Source: Torpedo marmorata (lineage: Eukaryota). From it: a stretch of 64,000 nucleotides of DNA. The notes below the pieces were generated by a model. It did no database searches. It worked only from the letters and a program-made list of their open reading frames with translations, and was not told the DNA's origin. The stretch lies in contig OZ360226.1 of the NCBI GenBank assembly GCA_977017645.1, positions 24,118,001-24,182,000 of the forward strand, read 5' to 3'. The translations under genes were made by a program, and so were the position numbers. The number at the start of each line of letters is the position of its first letter. Position 1 is the first letter of the stretch. Shown here piece by piece: positions 35,676-50,300 of the stretch.

Positions 35676-36239
35676 ACGGTTAAAAAGGCTATACTCCAGG
35701 CTTATGAGTTAGTTCCAGAGGCTTATAGACAGAAGTTTAGAAATTTAAAAAGATCAGCAACCCAATCTTACACAGAGTTTGCCTATGAAAAGGTTGTGTG
35801 TTTTGACCGGTGGTGCACATCTAAGGCGGTAAACAATGATTACAATCAATTGAGAGAATTGATAATATTTCAGGATATAAAAAGGTGTGTTCCTGAAGAT
35901 ATTAAGGCATACTTAGATGAAAAGGAGGTGAAAACTTGGCAAAATTCAGCTAAGTTAGCAGATGAATATGCTTTAACCCACAGGCTTAAGTGGACGTCAG
36001 GCAGAATTTTCCAAAAGGTCACTGTGGATAATCCCAAGCAAGTGGAAAGTAAATTTGGAAGTGGTGTTAAGGAAAGAGATGAAGGGAAGTGGAAAAGGGA
36101 AAACCCTTCGGGTCCCATTTGCCACTACTGTAGGAAGGCTGGTCATATGCTGGCAAGCTGTCCAGTGTTGAAAAAGAAGAGAGAAAAGGATGCAACACCT
36201 AATGCTTGTATTCAGAGTGAGAAGAGGCATAACACCTAG
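35676..36239 (+). pseudogene. Gmr1-type gag C-terminal half (SCAN-like capsid, CCHC knuckle)
   Basis: AYELVPEAYRQKFR..AKLADEY; CHYCRKAGHMLASC; joined directly to LTR sequence at 35675. Confidence 0.85.
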
Positions 36240-36287
36240 GAAGGAGACAAATTTACTGACAAAGTTAGGGATGTATTTAAACCTTTT

Positions 36288-38787
36288 GTGACTGATGGTT
36301 TTGTTTCAGTTAAGGCAGGATCAAAGCAAGTTCCAGTAAAAATCTTGCGAGATACTGGAGCTGCTCAGTCACTTGTGTTAGATAGTGTCTTGGAATTTTG
36401 CGAAGCGACTGACACCGGTGAAATGAATTTAATTAAAGGAATTGGGGGTGATGTTGAGTCCATTCCTTTGCACAAAATAGTGTTGGACTCAGCCTTGGTG
36501 GAAGGACCTGTTATAATAGGAGTGAGATCAGAGTTGCCAGTAGAAGGAGTCTCACTGTTGCTCGGCAATGACTTGGCCAAGGGTAAAGTAGTTCCTGCAG
36601 TGCGAATGACCACTAAGCCAGTCATTGATAAGTGAGAGAAAGACTCTGATATTTATCCAGCATGTGCCATAACCAGGGCTATGTCTAAGAAAAATGTCAC
36701 TGTAGAGAAGGCAGTGGAAAATAACTTGGTGAAAGAAAAAGTCAGTGATAATCAAGAACACCTGGAAAAGGTTGAGCAATCTCCTGTTTTACACCCATCC
36801 ACTGATAAGATACCTAAAGGCACAGATTTGTCACTATCCCGACAGGAGCTGATAGCAAGGCAAAAGGACGATCCTGATCTTGCTGAGGTGAGAGATAAGG
36901 TTCTCTCTGAAGAGGAGATTAAAAAGGTGCCAGTGGGTTATTACGAAAAAGATGGGGTGTTGATGAGAAAGTGGAGACCATGTGATGTTCCTGCCAATGA
37001 AGAATGGGCAGTAGTGCAGCAGGTTGTGATCCCTAAAGTATATAGGGACCAAATAATAACTTTGGCTCAAAGCACACCCTTACTGAAGATAATGAAACAA
37101 TTTTATTGGCCCAGTTTGAGAAGGGAGGTTGTAAGTTTTTGCTGGGCCTGTCACACTAATCAGGGTCCCACGGTGGCACCCTTGCAACCTATCCCTGCTT
37201 TCAGTGAGCCTTTCTCGAGAGTGATTGTGGACTGTCTTGGCCCATTGCCCAAAACCAAAGCGGGGAATGAGTATTTGTTAACAATTATGTGTGCAGCCAT
37301 TCCTCTGAGAAAGCAATTGTAAAGGCTATGGTAAGTTTTTCACCTTGGTAGGTTTGCCAAGGGAAATTCAATCAGATCAGGGTAGTAATTTCATGTCAGG
37401 TGTTTTCCAACAAGTGGTTGATAGACTGGGAGTTAAACAGATTGTATCCTCTGCATACCATCCAGAAAGTCAAGGGGCTTTGGGTAGGTTCCATTCGACT
37501 TTGAAAAACATGATTAGAACCTATTGTTGTGAGAAGGAAAAGGATTGGGATGAGGGGATTCATTTGTTGTTATTTGCAGCGAGGGAGTCTGTCCAAAAAT
37601 CACCTGGTTTTAGTCCATTTGAGTTAGTTTTCGGACATGAGGTGAGAGGTCCTTTAAGATTATTAAAAGAACAGTGGATTAATAGTGATGTGCATTTAAA
37701 TCTGTTAGATTATGTTTCCAAATTTAAGGATCAGTTGCATAGGGCTTGTGAGATGGCAAAGGAGACTTTAAAGGCCACTCAACAGAGAATGAAGGTTTGG
37801 TATGATCGAAAGGCTAAGATGAGAACTTTTAAACCTGGTGAGAACATATTAGTTCTGTTTCCCACAAATTCAAATCCTCTTAGGGCTAGATTTTCAGGAC
37901 CCTATAGAGTTAAGTCAAAAATTAATGAGGTCACCTATGTCATAGAAACACCTAATCGCAGACGAGACACACAGGTCTGTCATGTGAATATGATTAAGCC
38001 ATGTTTTGAACAGGTGCCGCACAAAGAGACTGAACATTTACCAGAGGTGCTGGTTCTTGACCAGGGTAAGGAGGAGACAAACAAAACCAGTTTCAGAGAG
38101 GGTCATGGGACTGTTAATTCTCTGGGTTATGTAGTAGGACAGGGGCACTTGGCGCCAGTAGAGGCAAAGGTTGTCGCTATTTCCGAGTTCCCTGTTCCAA
38201 CTGGTAAGAAAACTCTGAGGAGGTTCCTGGGGATGATTGGCTACTACCACAAGTTCTGTAAAAACTTTGTAGATCTTGCGCTCCCTCTCACAAATTTGCT
38301 TAGAAAGGGAGCAAAATTTGTATGGGCGACAGGTTGTCAGGAAGCATTTGTCAAATTGAAAGCCATGTTATGCCACCAACCTGTGCTTAAGTCACCTAAT
38401 TTAGAACAGTCGTATTCTTTAGCCGTGGATACCAGCGATGAAGCTGTGGGTGCGGTGCTGTTACAGAGGAAGAACGAAGAGGACATTGACCATCCAGTAT
38501 CCTACTTCTCAAAGAAGTTCAATGATCATCAAAGGAATTATTCAACCATAGAAAAAGAGTTGTTAGCTCTTGTGTTGGCTCTACAACACTTTGATGTGTA
38601 TATCTGTACAGCTCAAAAACCACTTATAGTGTATACTGACCATAATCCATTGGTTTTTCTTTGTAAAATGAAAAATAAGAATCGACGGTTGTTGAATTGG
38701 AGGCTAATTTTGCAAGAATATGATTTGATAATAATACATATAAAAGGGAAAGATAATGTAATCGCTGATTGTCTTTCTAGATGCTAA
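36288..38787 (+). pseudogene. Gmr1-type pol: protease, integrase, RNase H; RT core deleted
   Basis: LRDTGA; IVDCLGPLP / SDQGSNF / YHPESQG integrase; jump near 38100 to LGYVVG; DTS..YSTIEKE..TDHNPL..ADCLSR RNase H; no YxDD seen. Confidence 0.9.
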
Positions 38788-38918
38788 ACTTTATAAATGA
38801 AAATAGTTCATATTTTGTGTTTGTGATGAACATTGTGGGTTTTGTTTGTATTGTGACACCTCAATTAATTTCCAAAATTTTGTTCTTGCAGACCAAAATT
38901 TTCTTTGTGGGTGGGAGG

Positions 38919-39766
38919 TGTTATGGACCATGACTGACCATTTGGACTGCGGATGGTCAGCAGGAAGGATGAAGTCTTTTGGAGTACACACTGGGACCTG
39001 GTACTGAAAGAGTTAACTTGCCCAGGACTTCTTGTACTCACAGAGAGAGAGACACCAGAGAGAGACAGACTGTGGAGAGATATTTTGTTGCACTTTTGCA
39101 AAAACAGGTGCCTACCTCTGCAAAAAAGCATGCAGTTTTGTGTTGCAAAGGCTGGAGAACACAGCAAAATCCAGGCTTGTGCATCCCAGGGGAAAAGGCT
39201 GGGAGAATAGCACATGGTCTCCTGTCTCAGCAAAATCCTGAGTTAAAACAACTTTTGTGAAGAACAGGCGTGAGATCAGCGAGACAGGCTGTGAGATCCA
39301 AGTACACGCCTCAATCAGTGGTATACTGATTTGGAGTCGCAATCCTCGTGAATCTCTACCAAAACGGAAAGTCATCAGAGAAGAAAAGCAGGCCAAGCAT
39401 TCGTAAGCATAAACAGTCATTGTCTCTCTCTCCAACGTTCATTAAGAAGTCTTTCGTGCCAGCACACAGAGCTGAATTTGGACCCTGAACATAGAGAGTG
39501 AATTTTTGTGGACTGACTTATTTTATGACTGACCTGGGGATTTTGGGGAAGGTTTTCCATTTTTACATGAGGGTTGGGCACAGACTGTAATGGTCTGGGC
39601 TTTACACACACACACACACTCTTTAGATAAGAATAGTGTTTATAGACATTTATAGTGGGGTTAATTGTTGTGAAATTATATGTTTAATTGTCTTTAATAA
39701 ATATAAATTTCAATTTTACCCCTTTTACATTGCGTCTTCTGTCGTTGCTGGTTTGAATTTGTAACA
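38919..39766 (+). repeat. 3' LTR of the Gmr1-type element
   Basis: TGTTATGG...GTAACA; matches 29348-29496 plus 35391-35675. Confidence 0.95.
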
Positions 39767-39844
39767 ACAGTTATACCCTGCTGTACCTACGGCAGAATCA
39801 TTGTACTGCACAGAAACGGGTTGGATTCTTTCAGTCCACCTCAA

Positions 39845-40572
39845 GTGAAGTGTGAAGTTTTGCACTTTAGGAGGGTCTAACATGGTAAATGGTAGGGTAC
39901 TGAGGAGAGCAGTAGAACAGAGGGATCTGGGAATAGATACATAATTCCCTGAAAGTGGTGTCAGATATGGTCGTAAAGAGAGATTTTAGCATTAAAGTAT
40001 TGAGTGCAGGAGGGGGGGAAGATATGGTGAAGTTGTATAGTGGTGAGGCCAAATCTGGAGAACTGTGCGTAGTTTTGTTCACCTAACTACAGGAACGGTA
40101 TCAATAAGATTGAATGACTGCAGACAAGATTTACAAGGATGTTACCAGGACTTGCGGAACTGAGTTACAAGGAAAGTTTAAACAGGATAGGACTTTATTC
40201 CTTGGAGCGTCGGAGAATGATAGAGATTTGATAGGGGTGTCTAAAATGATGACGGTAGAGAAAGAGTAAATGCAAGCAGGCTTTTTTCTACTGAGGTTAA
40301 TTAAGACAAGAACTAGAGGACATGGGTTAAAGGTGAAAGGTGAGATGTTTAGGGGGAACTTCACACAGAGAGTGGTGAGAGTGTGGAATGAGCTGCCAGC
40401 AGAGGTCGTGGATGCAGGCTTGATTTTGACATTTATGAAAAATTTGGATGGGAGGGTATGAACGGCTATGATCCGGGAGCAGGTCAATGGGACCAGGCAG
40501 AATAATAGCTCGGCATGGACTAGATAGACAGAATGGCCTGTTTCTGTGCTGTAGTGTTCTATGGTTCTATCC
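39845..40572 (+). mobile_element. Degenerate 5'-truncated CR1
   Basis: Similar to 280-1070; RTRGHGLKVKGE; tail ttctatggttctat. Confidence 0.85.
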
Positions 40573-40673
40573 CTGACAAATGTCATACCTTTCTACACTG
40601 CTCCCATTTGCCCAGGTCCCCTTCTACAGGGTTTCAGGTCAAAGACCTTTCACCAGAACCAGGAAGAACTTTA

Positions 40674-40898
40674 CTTTACTTTCTTTTTTAAATCTCTTTA
40701 TTAATTCCATAAAATCATGGATATAACAGTTCATTCACTATATACGTTTACGGAAAAAAAGCAAAGAAAAGCATTATCGCATGTCCATTAATCCATCCAT
40801 AACAGAGCATACATTACAGATATATATCAATTTTTTTCTTTACAATTTAGTATTATAAAAAGAACCAAGCCACAAAAAAAAAGATAATATAGTAATTT
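40674..40898 (-). mobile_element. Short poly(A)-tailed retroinsertion (L1/Tx1-type) with 12-bp TSD
   Basis: GGAAGAACTTTA at 40662-40673 and 40899-40910; T-rich tract and tttatt at the left end. Confidence 0.7.
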
Positions 40899-41869
40899 GG
40901 AAGAACTTTAAATATTACACACTCAAAGTAAACTTGAAAAGAACAAATGTGCACAGTCCCAGCTGAAGCCTCCCTGCTACCCTTTTCCATCCTATCTCAG
41001 ATACAATGATCCACTATAGGACAGTCCTGACTGAAGAAGGTAGTGTTATGGGTAAACTCTGCAAACAGCTATGAATTGCTCTTTTACATTTACATTGTCA
41101 TTTAATTTTGTCTATTTTGGGGAGAGAATTCAAACATTTGGCTTAATCTTGTCACGTATTACCATATCTCAGCTAGAACCACCAGGTCTGACAATTCCAT
41201 GTAAATGGAGAATTGCTCTGTTTTGCAAACAACCCTTAGCATCACCTTATTCATCTGACAGACAAAGAGGACCACATGCTATCGACGGCAATCTTTATAT
41301 ATTTTGTCTACTATTCCCTTTAATGTTTAGTGATACAGAAGGAGTGTTGACATTCATGATTTTCCAACACTGCATGGATAAGACTTCAATGCTTCTCAAA
41401 TCTTAATCAATTACTGAAGCCTGTTTCCTATTTTGAGGCCAATTTCAATCATCTCTACCTTTAAATTTAACTATTAACTCAGAGAGGGCATGTTTGTTAT
41501 GTGCAACATTCTATTGTTGTATTAACATGTTGTGCAAACAGGATATGTTGAAACATATCAGATTGTAAGTGGGATTGACAAGGCCCAAGACCAGGTCACA
41601 GTTTCAGGAGAGAGTGAGAAGTGAGGAAAAAGGAAATATCCTCACTCAATGGGAAGTGAATCTTTGGAAAGTTTGAGGCCAATAGATTTTTGGGCATCAG
41701 AAAAGTGAGGAGAAACGGGATCACGAGAGCAACTCAAGAACAATCTTACGGAACGGTGGCACAGGCTTGAGAGGACGAGTGATCAACTCTTCCATGTTTT
41801 CATTAAAACGATGAACACTGACAAGATGTGTCACCAACACTGAGATCACCATTGCCAAGTACATCTTAT

Positions 41870-42137
41870 CTTCACACCAACCAACCTCCACATCTGCAAC
41901 ACCATTCTTCGTCTCTACCATCAGATGCAACAGGATCCCACCACCAGCCACATCTTCCCCTCCCCACTCCTTTCTTCTTTCCACAGGCAGCGATCCCTGT
42001 GTCTCTCTTGTCCGCTCATCCCTCCCACCCTACCTCTCGTGGTGCTTTACCCTGCAAGCACAGGAGGTGCAACATTTGTCCCTTCATCTCCTCCCTCACC
42101 ACCATCCAGGGACCCAAGCAGCCCTTCCAGGTGACGC
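41870..42137 (+). mobile_element. Penelope fragment
   Basis: QQDPTTSHIFPSPLLS and CKHRRCNIC..GPKQPFQV match the PLE at 22758-23489. Confidence 0.75.
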
Positions 42138-42139
42138 AA

Positions 42140-42520
42140 ACCTCTGGTTACAACCTCTTCTCACTGCTGCCTTCAGGAAGAAGGTACAGAAACCTGAAGA
42201 CCAGCACCTTGGGTTCAACTTTTTTCCAGTGGCTCTCAGGCTCTTGAACCTTCCCTTACTACTCTAACCATAAACTACTCTGAGACCACAAAAAAACCTG
42301 TCTGCTCTATTATAATGCCACTATTTTTCTTGCACAATGGTAACTGTGAATATTTATTATCTATCTGACTTTTGTATTTATTATCTCTTTTTAATTTAAT
42401 TAATGTACACTATTGCATTTGTTTTGTTTGTGAAGTACCTGTTGGCTTGTAGCAAGTAATAATTTTGGTGCATAGGTACATTGTACAATGTATAAGACAA
42501 TAAACTCCTTATCATTATCC
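42140..42520 (+). mobile_element. Rex1-type LINE 3' end
   Basis: LFSLLPSGRRYR; gacaataaactccttatcattatc tail. Confidence 0.7.
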
Positions 42521-45096
42521 TTTTATCAGACCTGAGAATTTTAAGATTCACAGAAAGAGGGAGAGGAGCAGAGAAAACAAGGAAGGTTTTTTTTTTAACA
42601 GCATGAAAGATAGGAGGAATTAAATGGAAAAGGGGCTGATAGTGCATGGTGAAAGAGGGTGCTAATGAGATGCAGAAAATCTAGAGAATGTAGAGAGAAA
42701 AGCAGAATAATTATCTGAGCCTCGCCAACCCTCTTGGGCAGAGAATTCCAAAGATTCACAAACCTCTGCGTGAAAAAATACTTCTCATCTCAACCTGAAC
42801 GTCAAACCTTTATTTTGAGATTCTGACCCCTGCTTCTATGTACTCCCGACAAGAGAAATATCCTTGTGTCTCCCAATCCCCATAAGAATTTTCCTGCCTC
42901 AACGACCTGCTGAGTATGCCAGGCATTCTCTGCGTGAGTTTCAGATTTTCAGCATCCACAGTCTTTTGCATTATTGAACTGAAGTCTGAGTATTTGATGT
43001 GAAAAATTTGTCAAAATAGCTGCAAGTGAAGAACAACATCAGTGTCATTTTGGAAGGTTCCAATCCAACAAACGGGTCAGCCTAAAATCCTTAATCAGTA
43101 GTTCATTCCAGATAAGAAAAGCCAGATTGTTATTGAAATGGGTCCTTCAGCAATATGAATACACTTTAATTAGAAGCATGTTATAAGAAAAGGGCTTGAG
43201 CTGTAAGCTGCCCAAGGTAACTCCTGAGGATCAGCTAATTATTTCTTTTGAAGCTTCTAAAATCTCACCATTTTTAATACTAACATGGTGCTGAGGAGGA
43301 GGGAATTTTGTAACAATAACTAGTAGAGAAAACAACAGATAACAACCCGAAGTTTGCTTTTATTTGTAGTTGAGAGCGACCATACTATCACATGTATTTC
43401 ACAGACTGAGTGTTATCACAGATTGGAACTGAACTGTACAGAAGGGGCATCCTTCATTGAAACTCTCTAATAAAATGACAATGGTTAGGGTCTCACACAG
43501 TCCAATCTCAGAGATTGACCTCTTTCTTTAATAAAAGTGGATTCCCCCTTACTGTCATTGATAAAGCCCACACCCATATCCTCTCTATGTCTCGTACTTC
43601 CATCTTCACCCCACCTCCCCACAGGCAGAACCAGACAGCGTCCCTCTGGTCCTCACTTTCCACCCCACCTCACTCCCATCCGACCAGTAGCAGATTAACT
43701 ACCTAGGCTGAGCTTTGGGGAGGCCCCCCAGGGTCGGCGTCATGGGGGGGGGCATTCGCAGGCCATGCCGCCCAAAATGAGTTATTGTGCCCCCCCACCC
43801 ACCCGCAGCAGCAGCGTTACCAAAGCAACTACACATTTTATTAGGTTTTCGATTCCTGTCTCAAATTTAATGTCTCCATCAATGCAAATGATGTTTGAAG
43901 TTCAAATTACTTCATCAATATTCAACCACAAAGCGTCTTGCAATAAAAGATTAAAATTTAGAAACGTCATGTGTTGCTTTGCGACTTTTTTTTTTTTTTT
44001 TTTACTTTGTAGTTACACAATATTATAACCTGTACCACAGGGTCGCAAAGTAACTGATCATGCTGGGAAGCAGCGACAGCACATTGTCAAGTCACATCTG
44101 ATCAAAAACACAGGTTCTTCTGTTCACACACTGATTGGAATCGAGACATTTAGTTTGGCCTCATAACGTGCGGCCTCTGTTCAATCTGATAATGCATCTC
44201 AACATTAATTTTAGCAGACGAATTTGCTACCTTCATATAACGACAGGAATTTTTTTTTCAGAATTGGCAATTTCAACTTGAACAATAGGTGTTTTTATTT
44301 CGACTCAATAATGCATATCTCCATGGAGGTTATCACCTATGGTTAGATTAAATGTTCACTCAACAATTATGAAAGTATCTAGCAAAAAATTGGCAATCTC
44401 TGCCCCATTATTACTTCATTTATGAACTTTAAATTAAAAAGCACAAATAACTAGATGAAAATTACATGTTTTATTAAAAGTCCATTAGATATAGACTTCA
44501 CTAAAGTCCACGCTAATTTGTATGAATATTACCAATTTAGATTTTTTTTGGTCTTGACATTGAATTCGATCAGTGGTTGCTTTGTGACTGTCAAAGATTG
44601 CTGTAAGAGCTGCAAGCTTAGTTACTTACCTTGATCGCGGCGTTCCGATGGGCTCGGCGGGTTTCGGAGGAGACGCGGAGGTTAGTAAGCCGTGCTGGGC
44701 CTATTTAGTACTCTGCGCATGCGCGGGAGAGCCGACAGGCGCATGCGCAGTTGGGAATTGACGGCAGTATGCACGGTGGAGTATGCGCAGTGGGGTATGC
44801 GCAGTGGGGTATGCGCAGTGGGGTATGCGCATTGAACATGCGCGAATCGGGGAAAAAGAATTAGAAAAAGATGGCGACGGAGTGAGATCGCCATATCTTT
44901 CATTGACCATTTTAAAGTCAATTAAAGACGTTTCATTGATTGTTTAAAGACAGTTTAAAGTAATCATTTAAAGGAATTTATTAAACATCGTTATCAAGAA
45001 CTGTTTATATTTCGTTTAAAGAAGATATTTAAGTCATTCAAGATTGCTACAAGTCACGTGTGTAAATAAAGTTTTTTTTTAACATATTGGACTTGT

Positions 45097-45980
45097 ATCT
45101 AAATACTAGTATAGATGAACAACATTGGAAAGAATTGTGTAAATTGAGTATGACTAAGATTATTAATGTTAGATATAGATTAGTACAGTATAACTTTTTT
45201 CATCAATTATATATAACACCCAAAAAATTAAAGAAATTCAATCCGGCATTGTCAGATATGTGTTTTAGATGTAAAGACGAAATAGGTTCTTTTGTACATT
45301 GTACATGGTCATGTTTGAAAATTAAAAATTTTTGGTCTAAAGTCAAAGATTTTTTAGATAGAATTTTTAATATTACGATTCCAATGGATCCTATGATATT
45401 TTTGTTTGGAGATATTAAAAAAATTAGTATTAGAAATAGATTAAGTATGTATCAAATAGAATTTTTACGAATCGTGTTAGCTATTTCAAAAAAATGTATT
45501 GCTATTACTTGGAAATCAGACTTAGATTTGAATTTAGATAGATTACATGCAGAGTTACGTTCTTGTATACCACTGGAAAAAATTACGTATAACTTACGAG
45601 ACAAATATCATTTCTTTTTGAAAATTTGGAGCCCATACATGAGAATTATGGGTATGAATTAATTCTCTAAAAGTTAGTACCGCTGACAAAAGTAACCTCC
45701 AATATACAAATAGAGTTAGTTTGAAATAGTTTTCTCCTCATACTAACTCTCTTAACTTTATTTCTCATTCTATTTCTTTTCTTTTAACTAACATTTTTAT
45801 ATATTCTTATTTTTCTTTTTTTCTTTATTAGAATAGTGTGGGAGGGTTGGGGAGGGGAGGGAGGGAGGGGGGGATGGTAAATGTATCACATGTATTTTGA
45901 ATAATATATTATTTTTGATTATGTATTTTGTGATTTTAAAAACTAAATAAAATTATTAAAAAAAAACAAAAAAAAAACAA
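45097..45980 (+). mobile_element. L1/Tx1-clade LINE 3' end inserted in the 5' LTR of BEL copy 3, 16-bp TSD
   Basis: ORF2 C-terminal CFRC..HCTWSC zinc motif (ORF 45087-45662), G-rich UTR, poly(A); AACATATTGGACTTGT at 45081-45096 and 45981-45996. Confidence 0.92.
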
Positions 45981-46527
45981 AACATATTGGACTTGTTAGT
46001 AAATTAATTGAAACGCGTCAAGAACAAATATCTCACCTAGCCTCCAAGTGACTATTTGTTGGATTGAAGTCACTATACTTTAGTCAATGAAAGAATTATT
46101 GTTTGGAACAGAAAATTGAAGGAAAGAAGATATAATAATCTCTCTGTGCTTTGGACTGATATTTAAAATAAAATGGTGGCCATCTTGAAGATGCCTCGAG
46201 TTGGGGGCAGTTTGTAATCCATATCCATCTGCCATGAGTAACAGCCAGAGAGGGATTTAGAGCTTCAAATCTTATAGTAAAGTGCACTATAAATACGTTG
46301 GAGAAACCATTTCTTGAAAATCAGCGATAATATTGATGGATGATGTGGTGGAAACTCGTTTGTGAATGGCAGCACATTACAGTCATCTGAAGTGATAGTC
46401 TGTGGACTCCTTCTGTATCTTTGGCAAGTTAGAACACAGATTGGATTTGCTGCCGCTAGTACATTGGGGACTGTTGATTTGACTAGTGTTGTGTATGCTT
46501 GAAGGACAGTGGAACAAGACGAGTAAA

Positions 46528-49500
46528 ATGGCCGCAGCAGCCTCTGATGCAGCAGCCACTGATGTATCGGCAGCTAACGCAGCAACCGCTGATGTTGCTG
46601 TTAAGGACCAACGTATGAACGACATGAAGGTTGCGGATATTAAAGAAGAATTAAAGCGAATTAAACTAGATATAAGTTGAAATAAAGAGGTTCTCATCGC
46701 AAGATTGAAGCTGGCAAAGATAGAAGAGGCGGCTTCATTAGATGAACAAGAAGATAGCAAGGAAATGGCTGAAATTGTGTCACCAAATGAAGAGGGTGAA
46801 GAAAATGAAGAGGATGAAGATGCAAAGGATGTACAATTCGAATTGGAGAAAGAGGTAAGTAAGAAGACAACATATGACCTGCAGGACGAAATACAAGCAA
46901 GTGACAGTGTCTCAAATGCTGAAAGCAGGAGAAACAAACAAAGTTCTGGTTCGAGCTCCAGAGTTTCTCGTACTTCAAGTTCTGCATCGTCATGTACAAA
47001 GATTGAAGTTGACGGCCGCTCTTCTTGCACAACAAAAAACGCTTAAGGATAAGCATATTTTAGAACGACAGGAGGAGCACCTAAAACAAAAGCAGGAGCA
47101 GCTAAGGCAGAGAAAAGAACAGCAAAAGCTGGAAGCAAACATTACTATTGCCAAGGCAAAAAAGAAAGCAATAGAAGGCTCAATGGTATCTGGTGCTCGA
47201 AGTAAATTATCTAAAGAGTCTGATAATAAAAGGTCATATTTTAAAAAAGAGTCACAGGGAAAGAAACCAACCAAAAGGGTAGATATTTTAGTACCAGGGG
47301 TACAAGACTTGCAAATACAAGGACAAATCCTTCAAGAGCATATTGGTATCGAGTCACATGTACCAGTGGTAACATCTGAAGACAAAGCTGCGGCTTGGGT
47401 TCGGTCGAATGATGCAGCTCCCTTGTTATTTGAGTCAAGCATCAGAAATATGGAAGAAACTACACCAGTGAGGTTTCCAGATACATCACCTGCAACAAGA
47501 GACGGTGAACAGAGCAATGTATTGACATCCAAGGGAAGACAAAATGAAATTGCTGCATCATTGATTCAGTTACAGTCTCTCTCTTCTTTACCCAAGAAAG
47601 ATACAAACTTTTAATGGTGATCCACTTCAGTACCAATCATTTATGAGATCTTTCAAACGCAATATTGAAAATAAATGCCAAGATCATGATGAATGACTTT
47701 ATTATTTGGAAATGTTCACAAAGGGACATCCAAAAGAACTTGTAAAGAGTTGTCAACATATGTCTTCAGAAAGAGGATTAGACAGAGCTAAGGCTTTACT
47801 GGAACAACATTTTGGCAACAAGCATCAAATTGCTTTAGCTTATATGGATAAAGCTCTTAAATGGACATCAATAAAACAGAATGATGTAAAGGCTCTACAA
47901 GAATATACTCTATTTTTAAGAGGATGTTGTAATGCCATGGAAGATATCGATAATATTCGTGAGCTTGAAGTGCCTGGTAATATGTGAATCATGTTAGAAA
48001 AATTACCTTACAAGTTGTGGGATAGATGGAGAAATTTGGCTTGTGATTTACAAGGAAATTACGGTCGAAGAGCTAACTTAAAGGACTTGGTAAATTTTCT
48101 TGAACAACAGGTGTACATTGAAACAGATCTAATATATGGAAATATTAGAGACAATTCAATGGGGAACAAAGATGTAAGGAGGTCTAACTCACAGCCTAGA
48201 CCGAAATTGAAAAGGAGTACTTTTGCTACTAATATGTCAGTTGTAAATAAAGAAAAGGACAAAGTAAATAAGGAAAACGAAAGTTTGCCTGATGAAAAGA
48301 GTTGTTTGTTCTGTAAAGGTGGACATGCTTTGGAAATGTGTTTACGGTTGGAAAAGAAGGAACATAATGAAAAGATCGCTTTCTTAAAGGAAAATGGAAT
48401 ATGTTTTAGCTGTCTGTGTAAAGGGCACATCAGTAAAAACTGTGAGAAGCGAATTAGTTGTAACATATGCAATTTGAAACATCCTAGAATGTTGTATATC
48501 CATCAAAGAAACAAGGAATTTGAAAAGGAGCAAACAGAAACAAAGGAAACATCAGAAAACAATGTTATAACCTCAGTTCAGACAAGTGGTCTTACCGGGG
48601 CCGGTGTGGATAACTGCAAACTTTCAATAGTGCCTGTACAAGTAAAGACCAAGAAAGGGGATGCAACAGTACATACATATGCATTTCTAGACCCAGGCAG
48701 CACTGCATCTTTTTGCATGGAAGGACTAACGAACAAACTTAATATTCAAGGAAGAAGGTCAAGAATTATGTTGAAAAGCATGGGACAAGAAAAGGTCGTT
48801 GAAACCAGCATTGTTTCAGGCTTAGAGGTTGCTGGATTGGATGACAAAAAATTTGTGATCTTCCAAGTTTATATACTCAGAAGATTATGCCTGTGCATGA
48901 AGGAAACATTCCTCATCAAAATGATTTCTCGCGTTTGTCTTAACTGTGGAAGGTTTATTTACCTGAAATTAACTCTGAGATAGAAATGCTGATTGGTTCA
49001 GATGTGCCAAAGGTTTTGGAACCAGTAGAAGTAATACGGAGTAGAAGGAATGGCCCTTACGCTGTTAGAACAAAGCTTGGTTGGACAATCAATGGACCAT
49101 TGGAAAGAAATAATGATATTGCTCAGGAACAGTTAGCGATAAATATTAACAGGATTTCGGTTGTGAAAATTGATGAATTAAGGGAAGAGCAAAAGACTGA
49201 ATAATAAAATCACTTTTGAAGAAAAGAAAACAGATCAATGTGAAAATAAATAAAAGGTATTTAAAACAACATTGAAGGAATTATTTTCATCAGAAATGAA
49301 TGAAAATGAAGTATTAGAAGATGTTGCAAATAATATTATTGTTTATTCATGTGTAGTTGAATCAAATACAGGAATAAAACAAGTGACTGAGAACAAATCT
49401 GAATGTAGATTTTGTAGTTCAGAGGTTACAACTGACAAAGTTAATGAAGAAATATTGCAATGTGATGTAAAACTGGAGAACACAGAAAATTGTGCTGATG

Positions 49501-50300
49501 GAATAAAGAAGAATGTGAATGATAATTTAATGCAATTGAATTCAGAGAACAAAATGTTAAAATGGGAATTGGAAATAGTAGATAATCATGAAAACAGTAA
49601 ACAGAAAGATTTAATTGTAAGTAAAATTCGCAAAGTCAGAAAGCAGAAGAAAATAATAACTGCTGAAGAAATGAATACAGTTATTGAGGAAAGAGATTCA
49701 GCAATATCAAAATGTAAAAGGTTGGAGGAAGAGATTAATATTTTGAAAGAGAACAAGTTATTGGTTAATAACACAAAACAGTTGATTATAGAAAACAATC
49801 AAGAATGTAAATTGAATGTTCAGCTACTAACAATGCAGAAAGAAAGTGATATTGCATTGCAGAAATGTAACAAGCAAGATGAAGAAATTTAAAAAATTCA
49901 AGTTTACCACAGAAGGGTTGACAATAGAAATATCAATGTATCACATGATATTTTCACTTCAGATCAAGTTATCAATCTCTCAGAAGGAACTGAGACTGAA
50001 TTGAAAGTTGCAAAATTGGATTTGGAATTGCAGGAAAAGGCAATAGAAACCAGAGTGGTTAAAGAGACTCGTTTATTAAAATCGAGAGGATCATATAAAT
50101 ATTCAAATTCTAGTTCTAAGAGTTTAAATTCTTCACATGAGAAGTGGAATGCTGAAGAAAGGAATAAACTGAAACGACATGCTGAAGAAGTGCCTCGTGT
50201 TAAATTCAAAAGAAAAACTGTATCTATTTTGTCTGAGGAAGATTTGAGGCTTACTGGTCAACGTTTTAACTCACAGATTCTGAAGATAAAAGAACTTTGA
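46528..50300 (+). pseudogene. SAP-Gag-protease-MIPOL1-like polyprotein of copy 3, multiply disrupted
   Basis: ORF pieces from 46486 to 50300 collinear with the copy 2 ORF. Confidence 0.9.

Larger units (their letters stand above)
29348..39766 (+). mobile_element. Gmr1-type Ty3/Gypsy LTR retrotransposon (integrase upstream of RT/RH), internally deleted, 4-bp TSD ACAG, hosting BEL copy 2
   Basis: TG..CA ends; ACAG at 29344-29347 and 39767-39770; PPT gtgggtgggagg before 38919; gag-PR-IN-(RT lost)-RH order. Confidence 0.92.
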
